NCBI GenBank assembly: GCA_964016885.1
Contig: OZ024750.1
Coordinates: 27,776,001-27,840,000 of the forward strand
DNA from: Eledone cirrhosa
Taxonomy: Eukaryota
Length of the DNA stretch: 64,000 bases
Direction: 5' to 3'
Part shown: in pieces, positions 1 through 13,700 of the stretch
Position numbering within the stretch: the first letter of the stretch is position 1
Layout: each line of letters starts with the position of its first letter
The notes under the pieces: model-generated
Database searches by the model: none
Seen by the model: the letters and a program-made list of their open reading frames with translations, nothing else
What the model was told of the DNA's origin: nothing
Program-made: the position numbers and the translations under genes

Positions 1-263
1 GCACGGCGTTCGACCCTCCACCGATACAGCCAATCCACCCTCTACCGATACTGCCAATCTTTCCAAATAATGAAAGCACATTGAATATCCTATATCTATC
101 TAAATGCCAAAGTTTATCAGCAAAGTTTATCATATTGAAACAAAAATAAAGATATTATTTTGACAAGGGCAACAAAACCTGGCAAATCCTACTTTCTCTC
201 TGTTAATCATTTATAAATGTTTTATATTCAAGTTATATGTTTGTTTTTCTTTAGTTAACATAC

Positions 264-448
264 GCCCTTTGAACTTGGCTTCCAAATAGCACAGTCTATA
301 ATGAAGTGTCAAAAGGTTTTGTTTCACTGCTATGGGCTGGTCATCGACAAAATTCCACTTTGATAACTTTCGGCCAGTTTTCGCCCAGGCCATGTCTAAT
401 TTAATAGCACCACCCAGGTAAAATTCTAAGAGTGACCAGGTTGTAGAA
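264..448 (-). CDS. Candidate internal coding exon of an unidentified gene (STTWSLLEFYLGGAIKLDMAWAKTGRKLSKWNFVDDQPIAVKQNLLTLHYRLCYLEAKFKG)
   Basis: Unique complex sequence. Only one frame is open between acceptor ...tttaatcgcag (AG at 450-449) and donor gtatgt (263-258). Protein family not recognised. Confidence 0.45.
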
Positions 449-494
449 CTGCGATTAAACTTGTTGACACATTAAAATAGGCTGGACTAGAATG

Positions 495-940
495 GTTTCT
501 GATTTAGGCACAGGGCCAACATTGTTTGGGGAACGGGAAAGTCGATTAAATCGACCCAGTACATTACTGGTTCTTTATTTTATCGACCCGGTAAGGATGA
601 AAGGCAAAGTTATCCTCGACAGGATTTGAACTCAGAACGTATAGGGCCGTAACTCTATGCTGCAAAGCATGGTGTCCGACTCTACCAATACTGCCAATTC
701 TCCGCCCTATAGATTTCAAATAATGGTTTCTTGTATAGGCACAAGGCCAGCAATTTTAAGGAAGGGAAAGTCGATTAAATCGACCCAGTGCATGACTGGT
801 ACTTTATTTTATCGACCCCGTAAGGATGAAAGGCAAAGTTATCCTCGGCGAGATTTGAACTCAGATCATAAAGGGCCGTAACTCTATGCTGCAAAGCATG
901 TTGCCCGACGCTCTACCGATTACTGCCAATCCACCGCCCT
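495..940 (-). mobile_element. Two tandem tRNA-derived SINE copies (family S1, long form)
   Basis: Reverse complement has an A-box-like GGATTGGCAGTATCGG head, B-box GAGTTCAAATC, the core TTTGCCTTTCATCCTTACGGGGTCGATAAAATAAAGTACCAG and the tail GGCCTTGTGCC..AGAAAC. A further partial copy lies at 1-60. Confidence 0.9.
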
Positions 941-1366
941 GGCTAGACTAGAATGAAAATGAAAAATGAATATAGTAAAATGAGATATTATATCAATAAG
1001 AGATTAGAATTCCTCGTGAGATTGTTCAAAATATTGATTTCTATCGTAGTCAGAAAGCTGTATCTGTGGCTTCGTAAAATACATTTGATTTAATCGACCC
1101 CAGTATTTCACTGGTATTTATTGGGTTGTCAAATATGAAAATTGTAAAAATTTCTAGAAAAAACCCCCAATTTTCTACAAATTTCATTCTTGACGAACCA
1201 ATATTTTATCAATCCTAGATGGAGGGATGATAAAATCAGGCGGTGGGGTGAAAGGGGTGGGGTCCCCACCACCCTACGGCATTTCTCCAATGACGATATT
1301 GAACGATGACATGAAATATAATATTTGAAGAGAAAATTCACACGGGAGAGGACGAGGTTAAAAGAA

Positions 1367-1369
<3 letters not shown>

Positions 1370-1433
<64 letters not shown>

Positions 1434-1830
1434 TAGGAGGGCGGGCTGGAGCTAGATAGAGAGGGTGGGAGGGATAGAGAGCGTGCAAGATAGAGCGAGA
1501 GGGAGGATAGAGAGTGAGAAGGAAAAAGAGAGAGAGGATAGAATGAGATAGAGGGAGAACGAACTTGAAATAGAGAGACACAGAACAAGTGAGGGAGAGA
1601 GAGAGAGAGAGGGGGAGGGAGTGGAAAAGAGCAACAGAGAGAGAGAGAGAGGGGGGAGTGGAAAAGAACAAAAAGAGAGAGAGAGAGAGAGTCTCAGAGA
1701 AAGAGAGAGAAGGGTAAGAGAGATAGAGTGAAACACAGCAAGGGAGAGGAAGTAAGAGATAGAGAATGAGCTCGAAATTGAAAGAGACACAAAGACGAGA
1801 GAGGGAGAGATAGATAATGAGATAATGAGG
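1370..1830. repeat. (GA)n-rich low-complexity tract
   Basis: Direct reading. Confidence 0.9.
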
Positions 1831-2106
1831 AGGTAAGTTGAAGCTGTTACATAAATGACTTCATGTAATACAAACATATAGAGCATTTGAGGACTTTGAC
1901 CGGATAATAAGGCATTATATTACGTCATTGACAATTGCAGACGGATTAACGGTCACACTTTTTATGAAGCATTTCACTGAACAGCTGTGTGTGCATATAG
2001 GTTAACTGACATATACATGATAGGTGTGTATGTATATGTATGCACATACACACCTACATATACACGCATACATACATTTATGGGTGTACATTTCTCTCTC
2101 TCTCTC

Positions 2107-2155
<49 letters not shown>

Positions 2156-2201
2156 CTCACCCTCTGCCTCCCTCTGTTTATGTATGTATACACATATATA
2201 T

Positions 2202-2808
2202 GATGGCTGCCACCTCGTTATCAAGTATGGCCATTGCACGATATACCATTATTAATAATTATTAATTAATTCTATCGTGCAATGCCTGTGCGTGAAAATA
2301 TTTTTTAAAGTGAGGAAAGGCTGTGCACTGAGCCAATCCCACTCTCTGCTCTGAGCGACAGTAAGAAAAGATCAACATCATCGGTAACTACTGAGCCGCA
2401 GGTTTTATATCGGAGTTATCCCAGTTTCCTGAGTTGCCTTCCCCTAGAAGAATGCCCTGACAAATGTTAGGGGTTCTTCACTCCCACTGGTTTAACCGAG
2501 CGATTGGGTGTCCAGCCAGACTACTTCTATGTCCCCGTGCATATACACACACATGCACCCATGTATATACACATTTACATATACATACATATGTACATAC
2601 ATATTTACACACATTTGGATGGCTGTTGACTCTTATGAGTTCTTCCGCCCTTTGTCAGGTTTTGTTTTTTTGTCCTGCAGGGTGTCCAAAATCACCCACC
2701 TCACCAAGTAAACTTGGTGGGGTTGCCGGTTTAGTCGCCGACGACCCGACCATGCGACAGGTTGTACTGGGTTACATGTTACCAGTAGCACTCAAGAGTG
2801 ACCCGTCA
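2202..2808 (-). mobile_element. Older, diverged copy of the RTE-derived bipartite non-autonomous element
   Basis: Colinear similarity to 2824-3432; interrupted by a CA/TA microsatellite at ~2540-2595. Confidence 0.7.
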
Positions 2809-2823
2809 TACACACATATATAT

Positions 2824-3432
2824 ATGGTGGCTGCCAACTCGTTTTCGAGTACGGCCACTACTTTATATCCATGTAGGAGAACCCCTGCCGAAGCGCTGAA
2901 CGAGTGTGACTTTTCAGCCAGCCAGCGACTTGAAAACTCTGGTACAAACACTACACTTGTGACAATTATTGACACATAGTGCTTGGCCCATGGTACCATG
3001 TGACGACAAGTGCAGAGAGATCTCCAGATATAAAGCAATGCCTGTGCCGTGAAGCTTTTGTAGTGAGCAAAGGCACTGCACAAAGCCAGTCCCACTCTCT
3101 TAACCAAGATGATATTTACCAAAAAAAAGAACAAGTCAACATCATTGGATACCATCAGGGTTGCAGATGTTATTTCAGAGTTTTCCTTCTCCTAGAATTC
3201 TGCCTTGACAAAGGCTAAGGGGTCATCTCTCTCGGTGGTTTTGGATGGCCATTGACTCTTAAGAGCTCCTTTGCCCTTTGACAGGTTTTATTTTTAGTCC
3301 TGCAGGATGTCCAAAGTCACCCTCCTCATCAAGAAACCTTGGTGGGGTTGCCAGTTTAGTCGCCAACGACCCGACCATGAGACAGGTTGTACTGGGATAC
3401 ATGTTACCAGTAGCACCAACTGGTGACCTGAC
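2824..3432 (-). mobile_element. RTE-derived bipartite non-autonomous retroelement (~610 bp)
   Basis: Close reverse-complement match to 55818-56456. Has the RTE 5'UTR-like motif CTAGGAGAAGGAAAACTCTG, a C-terminal C2H2-like remnant (CSVCTR.FKSLAG.KSH) and a 3' hairpin CTCGAAAACGAG before (TA)n. Confidence 0.75.
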
Positions 3433-3483
3433 ATAATATATATACACATATATATATACACACATATGCACATATACATGCAT

Positions 3484-3516
<33 letters not shown>

Positions 3517-3517
3517 C

Positions 3518-3592
<75 letters not shown>

Positions 3593-3903
3593 GATTGAGA
3601 GAGAGAGAGATTTAACGAATAAAATTATCTCAATAAATGATTACATTTGAAAAACAAATTCTTTGACATAATCTTAATTTAAATACATGCATACGTTATG
3701 TAGAAACACATTCAGGAGTCAACAAACTGTAATTATGTCAGCAAGGAAAGGTCGCTTGCGCACATGTATGCAAATCTATCATTATAGAGACTCGCCAGAA
3801 TGAGGTGAGCTACGAAAGTCATCAACCTTGTAAATAGAGCCTCAGATTTATCATAAATTGTGTTGAAATTGTTGTCAGAGGTAGGTGGAGAGCAATGTCA
3901 TAC

Positions 3904-4019
3904 ATCAGCCACTCTTGGGATATCAATGCTAGATTGGATTGTGTTCGCATTATACAAATCCTGGCTAAAATGCAACAATAGTTGTAAAGCTGTTGAGCAA
4001 TAGATGTAAAGATGTTGAT
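3904..4019 (-). CDS. Weak candidate exon (INIFTSIAQQLYNYCCILARICIMRTQSNLALISQEWL)
   Basis: Bounded by ttttccag and gtatga, with an open frame whose phase fits exon 264-448; the acceptor is weak. Confidence 0.2.
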
Positions 4020-4052
4020 CTGGAAAACCTCTTCCCAATTTCTCCACCATTC

Positions 4053-4635
4053 TTGGCAGTATCGGTAGAGGGTCGGACGCCATGCTTTCCAGCATAGTTA
4101 CGTCCCTTTACGATCTGAGTTCAAATCCCGCCGAGGTTGACTTTGCCTTTCATCCTTACGGGGTCGATAAAATAAAGTACCAGTAATGCACTGGGTAATT
4201 GCTGGTCTTGTGCCTAAAGTAGAAACAATTATATTATAGGATGGTTGTGGATTGGCAGTATCGGTAGAGGGTCGGACGCCATGCATTGAGTTACGGCACT
4301 TGCCATTCTCAGTTCAAATCCCGCCGAGGTTAACTTTGCCTTTCATCCTTACGGGGTCGATAAAATAAAGTACCAGTCACGCATTGGGGTCAATTTAATC
4401 GTCTTTCCCCTCCCCCAAAATTGATGGCCTTGTGCCTATATAAGAAACCATTATTATTATAGGGCGGTAGAGGGTCTGATGCCATGCTTTGTAGCAAAGA
4501 GTTACGGCCCTTTATGATCTGAGTTCAAATTCCGCCGAGGTTAACTTTACCTTTCAACCTTATGGAGTCTATAAAATAAGGTACCAGTAATGCACTGCGA
4601 TAATTGCTGGCCTTGTGCCAAGGAGTAGAAACAAT
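4053..4635 (+). mobile_element. Three tandem SINE S1 copies
   Basis: Head, B-box GAGTTCAAATCCCGCCGAGG, core and tail repeated at ~4053, 4246 and 4462. Confidence 0.9.
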
Positions 4636-4779
4636 TATATTATAAAATCTTGAACCGAGTGGCAACCGTTGAACCGTCTTCAGTAAAATATCAGACTCAA
4701 GGAAAACAGGATGAAAGATGCACTGAAATACAGAGAACTGGTTCGATTGCACGCAGTGACATTTGTCCATTCTTTCCGA

Positions 4780-7700
4780 ATCTAGATGTATTTTCCGTAT
4801 CTAGGAATATTTTACTTATCTAGAAATATTTACCGGATCTAGAAGTATTTCCCATATCTAGGAATATTTTCCATATCTAGGAGTATTTTCCGTATCTAGG
4901 AGTATTTTCCGTATTTAGGAGTATTTTCCGTATCTAGGAGTATTTTCCGTATCTAGGAGTATTTTCCATATCTAGGAGTATTTTCCGTATCTAGGAGTAT
5001 TTTCCGTATCTAGGAGTATTTTCCATATCTAGGAGTATTTCCCATATCTAGGAGTATTTTCCGTATCTAGGAGTATTTTCCGTATCTAGGAGTATTTTCC
5101 ATATCTAGGAGTATTTTCCGTATCTAGGAGTATTTTCCGTATCTAGGAGTATTTTCCGTATCTAGGAGTATTTTCCATATCTAGGAGTATTTTCCGTATC
5201 TAGGAGTATTTTCCGTATCTAGAAGTATTTCCCATATCTAGGAGTATTTCCCATATCTAGGAGTATTTTCCATATCTAGGAGTATTTTCCATATCTAGGA
5301 GTATTTTCCATATCTAGAAGTATTTCCCATATCTAGGAGTATTTCCCATATCTAGGAGTATTTTCCATATCTAGGAGTATTTTCCATATCTAGGAGTATT
5401 TTCCGTATCTAGGAGTATTTTCCGTATCTAGGAGTATTTTCCGTATCTAGGAGTATTTTCCATATCTAGAAGTATTTCCCATATCTAGGAGTATTTCCCA
5501 TATCTAGGAGTATTTTCCATATCTAGGAGTATTTTCCGTATCTAGGAGTATTTTCCATATCTAGGAGTATTTCCCATATCCAGGAGTATTTTCCATATCT
5601 AGGAGTATTTTCCATATCTAGGAGTATTTTCCGTATCTAGGAGTATTTTCCATATCTAGAAGTATTTCCCATATCTAGGAGTATTTTCCGTATCTAGGAG
5701 TATTTCCCATATCTAGGAGTATTTTCCGTATCTAGAAGTATTTCCCATATCTAGGAGTATTTTCGATATCTAGAAGTATTTCCCATATCTAGGAGTATTT
5801 TCCATATCTAGAAGTATTTCCCATATCTAGGAGTATTTTCCGTATCTAGGAGTATTTCCCATATCTAGGAGTATTTTCCGTATCTAGGAGTATTTTCCAT
5901 ATCTAGAAGTATTTCCCATATCTAGGAGTATTTTCCATATCTAGAAGTATTTTCCATATCTAGGAGTATTTTCCATATCTAGGAGTATTTTCCATATCTA
6001 GGAGTATTTTCCGTATCTAGGAGTATTTTCCATATCTAGGAGTATTTTCCGTATCTAGAAGTATTTTCCGTATCTAGAAGTATTTTCCATATCTAGAAGT
6101 ATTTCCCATATCTAGAAGTATTTTCCGTATCTAGAAGTATTTTCCATATCTAGAAGTATTTCCCATATCTAGAAGTATTTTCCGTATCTAGGAGTATTTT
6201 CCATATCTAGGAGTATTTTCCATATCTAGAAGTATTTTCCGTATCTAGGAGTATTTTCCGTATCTAGAAGTATTTCCCATATCTAGAAGTATTTTCCGTA
6301 TCTAGAAGTATTTCCCATATCTAGAAGTATTTTCCGTATCTAGAAGTATTTCCCATATCTAGAAGTATTTTCCATATCTAGGAGTATTTTCCATATCTAG
6401 AAGTATTTCCCATATCTAGAAGTATTTTCCGTATCTAGGAGTATTTTCCATATCTAGGAGTATTTTCCGTATCTAGAAGTATTTCCCATATCTAGAAGTA
6501 TTTTCCATATCTAGAAGTATTTCCCATATCTAGAAGTATTTTCCGTATCTAGGAGTATTTTCCATATCTAGGAGTATTTTCCGTATCTAGAAGTATTTCC
6601 CATATCTAGAAGTATTTTCCGTATCTAGAAGTATTTCCCATATCTAGGAGTATTTTCCGTATCTAGAAGTATTTTCCGTATCTAGAAGTATTTTCCATAT
6701 CTAGGAGTATTTTCCATATCTAGAAGTATTTTCCGTATCTAGGAGTATTTTCAGTATCTAGAAGTATTTTCCGTATCTAGGAGTATTTTCCGTATCTAGG
6801 AGTATTTTCCGTATCTAGGAGTATTTTCCGTATCTAGAAGTATTTTCCGTATCTAGAAGTATTTCCCATATCTAGGAGTATTTTCAGTATCTAGAAGTAT
6901 TTTCCGTATCTAGAAGTATTTCCCATATCTAGAAGTATTTTCCGTATCTAGAAGTATTTTCCATATCTAGGAGTATTTTCCATATCTAGAAGTATTTTCC
7001 GTATCTAGGAGTATTTTCCGTATCTAGGAGTATTTTCCGTATCTAGAAGTATTTTCCGTATCTAGAAGTATTTTCCATATCTAGAAGTATTTCCCATATC
7101 TAGGAGTATTTTCCATATCTAGGAGTATTTCCCATATCTAGGAGTATTTTCCATATCTAGAAGTATTTTCCGTATCTAGGAGTATTTTCAGTATCTAGAA
7201 GTATTTTCCGTATCTAGGAGTATTTTCCGTATCTAGGAGTATTTTCCGTATCTAGGAGTATTTTCCGTATCTAGAAGTATTTTCCGTATCTAGAAGTATT
7301 TCCCATATCTAGGAGTATTTTCAGTATCTAGAAGTATTTTCCGTATCTAGAAGTATTTCCCATATCTAGAAGTATTTTCCGTATCTAGAAGTATTTTCCA
7401 TATCTAGGAGTATTTTCCATATCTAGAAGTATTTTCCGTATCTAGGAGTATTTTCCGTATCTAGGAGTATTTTCCGTATCTAGAAGTATTTTCCGTATCT
7501 AGAAGTATTTTCCATATCTAGAAGTATTTCCCATATCTAGGAGTATTTTCCATATCTAGGAGTATTTCCCATATCTAGGAGTATTTTCCATATCTAGGAG
7601 TATTTCCCATATCTAGGAGTATTTTCCATATCTAGAAGTATTTCCCATATCTAGAAGTATTTTCCGTATCTAGAAGTATTTCCCATATCTAGGAGTATTT

Positions 7701-10700
7701 TCCGTATCTAGGAGTATTTCCCATATCTAGGAGTATTTCCCATATCTAGAAGTATTTTCCGTATCTAGGAGTATTTCCCATATCTGGGAGTATTTTCCAT
7801 ATCTAGAAGTATTTTCCGTATCTAGGAGTATTTCCCATATCTAGGAGTATTTTCCATATCTAGGAGTATTTCCCATATCTAGGAGTATTTTCCATATCTA
7901 GGAGTATTTCCAATATCTAGGAGTATTTTCCATATCTAGAAGTATTTCCCATATCTAGGAGTATTTTCCGTATCTAGGAGTATTTTCCATATCTAGAAGT
8001 ATTTCCCATATCTAGGAGTATTTTCCATATCTAGAAGTATTTTCCATATCTAGGAGTATTTTCCATATCTAGGAGTATTTTCCATATCTAGGAGTATTTT
8101 CCGTATCTAGGAGTATTTTCCATATCTAGGAGTATTTTCCGTATCTAGAAGTATTTTCCGTATCTAGAAGTATTTTCCATATCTAGAAGTATTTCCCATA
8201 TCTAGAAGTATTTTCCGTATCTAGAAGTATTTTCCATATCTAGAAGTATTTCCCATATCTAGAAGTATTTTCCGTATCTAGGAGTATTTTCCATATCTAG
8301 GAGTATTTTCCATATCTAGAAGTATTTTCCGTATCTAGGAGTATTTTCCGTATCTAGAAGTATTTCCCATATCTAGAAGTATTTTCCGTATCTAGAAGTA
8401 TTTCCCATATCTAGAAGTATTTTCCGTATCTAGAAGTATTTCCCATATCTAGAAGTATTTTCCATATCTAGGAGTATTTTCCATATCTAGAAGTATTTCC
8501 CATATCTAGAAGTATTTTCCGTATCTAGGAGTATTTTCCATATCTAGGAGTATTTTCCGTATCTAGAAGTATTTCCCATATCTAGAAGTATTTTCCATAT
8601 CTAGAAGTATTTCCATATCTAGAAGTATTTTCCGTATCTAGGAGTATTTTCCATATCTAGGAGTATTTTCCGTATCTAGAAGTATTTCCCATATCTAGAA
8701 GTATTTTCCGTATCTAGAAGTATTTCCCATATCTAGGAGTATTTTCCGTATCTAGAAGTATTTTCCGTATCTAGAAGTATTTTCCATATCTAGGAGTATT
8801 TTCCATATCTAGAAGTATTTTCCGTATCTAGGAGTATTTTCAGTATCTAGAAGTATTTTCCGTATCTAGGAGTATTTTCCGTATCTAGGAGTATTTTCCG
8901 TATCTAGGAGTATTTTCCGTATCTAGAAGTATTTTCCGTATCTAGAAGTATTTCCCATATCTAGGAGTATTTTCAGTATCTAGAAGTATTTTCCGTATCT
9001 AGAAGTATTTCCCATATCTAGAAGTATTTTCCGTATCTAGAAGTATTTTCCATATCTAGGAGTATTTTCCATATCTAGAAGTATTTTCCGTATCTAGGAG
9101 TATTTTCCGTATCTAGGAGTATTTTCCGTATCTAGAAGTATTTTCCGTATCTAGAAGTATTTTCCATATCTAGAAGTATTTCCCATATCTAGGAGTATTT
9201 TCCATATCTAGGAGTATTTCCCATATCTAGGAGTATTTTCCATATCTAGGAGTATTTCCCATATCTAGGAGTATTTTCCGTATCTAGAAGTATTTCCCAT
9301 ATCTAGAAGTATTTTCCGTATCTAGAAGTATTTCCCATATCTAGGAGTATTTTCCGTATCTAGAAGTATTTTCCGTATCTAGAAGTATTTTCCATATCTA
9401 GGAGTATTTTCCATATCTAGAAGTATTTTCCGTATCTAGGAGTATTTTCAGTATCTAGAAGTATTTTCCGTATCTAGGAGTATTTTCCGTATCTAGGAGT
9501 ATTTTCCGTATCTAGGAGTATTTTCCGTATCTAGAAGTATTTTCCGTATCTAGAAGTATTTCCCATATCTAGGAGTATTTTCAGTATCTAGAAGTATTTT
9601 CCGTATCTAGAAGTATTTCCCATATCTAGAAGTATTTTCCGTATCTAGAAGTATTTTCCATATCTAGGAGTATTTTCCATATCTAGAAGTATTTTCCGTA
9701 TCTAGGAGTATTTTCCGTATCTAGGAGTATTTTCCGTATCTAGAAGTATTTTCCGTATCTAGAAGTATTTTCCATATCTAGAAGTATTTCCCATATCTAG
9801 GAGTATTTTCCATATCTAGGAGTATTTCCCATATCTAGGAGTATTTTCCATATCTAGGAGTATTTCCCATATCTAGGAGTATTTTCCATATCTAGAAGTA
9901 TTTCCCATATCTAGAAGTATTTTCCGTATCTAGAAGTATTTCCCATATCTAGGAGTAGGAGTATTTTCCGTATCTAGGAGTATTTCCATATCTAGGAGTA
10001 TTTCCCATATCTAGAAGTATTTTCCGTATCTAGGAGTATTTCCCATATCTGGGAGTATTTTCCATATCTAGAAGTATTTTCCGTATCTAGGAGTATTTCC
10101 CATATCTAGGAGTATTTTCCATATCTAGGAGTATTTCCCATATCTAGGAGTATTTTCCATATCTAGGAGTATTTCCAATATCTAGGAGTATTTTCCATAT
10201 CTAGAAGTATTTCCCATATCTAGAAGTATTTTCCGTATCTAGAAGTATTTCCATATCTAGAAGTATTTTCCGTATCTAGAAGTATTTAAGTATTTCCATA
10301 TCTAAAGTATTTTCCGTATCTAGGAGTATTTCCCATATTAGGAGTATTTTCCATATGCTTAGAAGTATTCCCATAATCTAGAATATTGCCAGCATCTAGA
10401 AGTATTTCCCATATCTAGAGTATTTTTCCATATTCTAGGAGTAGTTTATTTTCATATTCTAGGAGTATTGTTGTCATGATTCTATAATGTATTTTCCGTA
10501 TCTAGAAGTATTTTCCCAGTATCTAGGAGTATTTCCATATCCTAGGAGTATTTTTCATACTACTAGAGTATTTCCCAGTATTCTAGGAGTATTTTCCGTA
10601 TCTAAAAGTATTTTCCATATCTAGGAGTATTTTCCATATTCTAGAGTATTTTCCCAGTATCTAGAGTATTTTCCGTATCTAGAGTATTTCCCATATCAGG

Positions 10701-13700
10701 AATATTTTCCGTATCAAGAAGTATTTATCGATTTAGAAGTATTTTCCGTATCTAGGAGTATTTTCCATATCTAGGAGTATTTTCCCATATCTAGGAGTAT
10801 TTTCCATATTCTAGAAATATTTTCCATATCTAGGAGTATTTTCCATATTCTAGGAGTATTTTCCGTATCTAGAAGTATTTTCCATATCTAGGAGTATTTT
10901 CCATATTCTAGGAGTATTTTCCGTATCTAGGAGTATTTCCGTATCTAGAAGTATTTTCCCATATCTAGGAATATTTTCCGTATCAAGAAATATTTATCGG
11001 ATTTAGAAGTATTTTCCGTATCTAGGAGGTTCATTTTCCATTCTAGGAGTATTTTCCATATCTAGGAAGTATTTTCCGTATCTAGAAGTATTTTCCGTAT
11101 CTAGAGTATTTCCATATCTAGGAGTATTTTCCATATCTAGGAGTATTTCCCGTATCTAGGAGTATTTTCCATATCTAGAGTATTTTCCCATATCTAGGAG
11201 TAATTTTCCACATCTAGGAGTATTTTCCGTATCTAGGAGTATTTTCCATATCTAGGAGTATTTTCCGTATCTAGAAGTATTTTCCATATCTAGGAGTATT
11301 TTCCATATCTAGGAGTATTTTCCGTTCTAGGAGTATTTCCATATCTAGGAGTATTTTCCGTATCTAGGAGTATTTTCCATATTCTAGAATATTTTCATAT
11401 CTAGGGAGTATTTTCCATATCTAGAGTATTTTCCGTATCTAGGAGTATTTCCATATCTAGGAATATTTTCCGTATCTAGGAATATTTTCCATATCTAGAA
11501 GTATTTTCCGTATCTAGGAGTATTTTCCATATCTAGGAGTATTTTCCGTATCTAGAGTATTTCCCATATCTAGAAGTATTTTCCGTATCTAGGAAGTATT
11601 TCCATATCTAGAGTATTTCCGTATCTAGAGTATTTTCCGTATCCTAGAAGTATTTTCCATATCTAGGAGTATTTCCATATCTAGAAGTATTTTCCGTATC
11701 TAGGAGTATTTTCAGTATCTAGAAGTATTTCCCGTATCTAGGAGTATTTTCCGTATCTAGGAGTATTTTCCGTATCTAGGAGTATTTTCCGTATCTAGAG
11801 TATTTTCCATATCTAGAGTATTTCCCATATCTAGGAGTATTTTCAGTATCTAGAAGTATTTTCCGTATCTAGAGTATTTCCCATATCTAGAAGTATTTTC
11901 CGTATCTAGAGTATTTTCCATATCTAGGAGTATTTTCCATATCTAGAAGTATTTCCTATCTAGGAGTATTTCCGTATCTAGGAGTATTTTCCGTATCTAG
12001 AAGTATTTTCCGTATCTAGAGTATTTTCATATCTAGAAGTATTTTCCCATATCTAGGAGTATTTTCCATATCTAGGAGTATTTTCCATATCTAGGAGTAT
12101 TTTCCGTATCTAGGAGTATTTCCATATCTAGGAGTATTTTCCGTATCTAGAAGTATTTCCCATATCTAGAAGTATTTTCCGTATCTAGAAGTATTTCCCA
12201 TATCTAGGAGTATTTTCGTATCTAGAAGTATTTTCCGTATCTAGGAATATTTCCATATCTAGGAGTATTTTCCATATCTAGAAGTATTTTCCGTATCTAG
12301 GAGTATTTTCAGTATCTAGAAGTATTTTCCGTATCTAGAGTATTTTCCGTATCTAGGAGTATTTTCCGTATCTAGGAGTATTTTCCGTATCTAGAAGTAT
12401 TTTCCGTATCTAGAAGTATTTTCCCATATCTAGGAGTATTTTCAGTATCTAGGAAGTATTTTCCGTATCTAGAAGTATTTCCCATATCTAGAAGTATTTT
12501 CCGTATCTAGAAGTATTTTCCATATCTAGGAGTATTTTCCATATCTAGAAGTATTTTCCGTATCTAGGAGTATTTTCCGTATCTAGGAGTATTTTCCGTA
12601 TCTAGAAGTATTTTCCGTATCTAGAAGTATTTTCCATATCTAGAAGTATTTCCCATATCTAGAGTATTTTCCATACTAGGAGTATTTCCCATATCTAGGA
12701 GTATTTTCCATATCTAGGAGTATTTCCCATATCTAGAGTATTTTCCTATCTAGAAGTATTTCCATATCTAGAAGTATTTTCCGTATCTAGAAGTATTTCC
12801 CATATCTAGGAGTATTTTCCGTATCTAGGAGTATTTCCCATATCTAGGAGTATTTCCATATCTAGAAGTATTTTCCGTATCTAGGAGTATTTCCCATATC
12901 TGGGAGTATTTTCCATATCTAGAAGTATTTTCCGTATCTAGGAGTATTTCCCATATCTAGGAGTATTTTCCATATCTAGGAGTATTTCCATATCTAGGAG
13001 TATTTTCCATATCTAGGAGTATTTCCAATATCTAGGAGTATTTTCCATATCTAGAAGTATTTCCCATATCTAGAAGTATTTTCCGTATCTAGAAGTATTT
13101 CCCATATCTAGAAGTATTTTCCGTATCTAGAAGTATTTCCCATATCTAGAAGTATTTTCCGTATCTAGGAGTATTTCCCATATCTAGGAGTATTTTCCAT
13201 ATCTAGAAGTATTTCCCATATCTAGAAGTATTTTCCGTATCTAGAAGTATTTCCCATATCTAGGAGTATTTTCCATATTCTAGGAGTATTTTCCATATTC
13301 TAGGAGTATTTTCCATATTCTAGGAGTATTTTCCGTATCTAGAAGTATTTCCCATATCTAGGAGTATTTTCCATATTCTAGGAGTATTTTCCATATCTAG
13401 GAGTATTTTCCATATTCTAGGAGTATTTTCCGTATCTAAAAGTATTTTCCATATCTAGGAGTATTTTCCATATTCTAGGAGTATTTTCCGTATCTAGGAG
13501 TATTTTCCGTATCTAGGAGTATTTCCCATATCCAGGAATATTTTCCGTATCAAGAAATATTTATCGGATTTAGAAGTATTTTCCGTATCTAGGAGTATTT
13601 TCCATATCTAGGAGTATTTTCCATATCTAGGAGTATTTTCCATATTCTAGAAATATTTTCCATATCTAGGAGTATTTTCCATATTCTAGGAGTATTTTCC

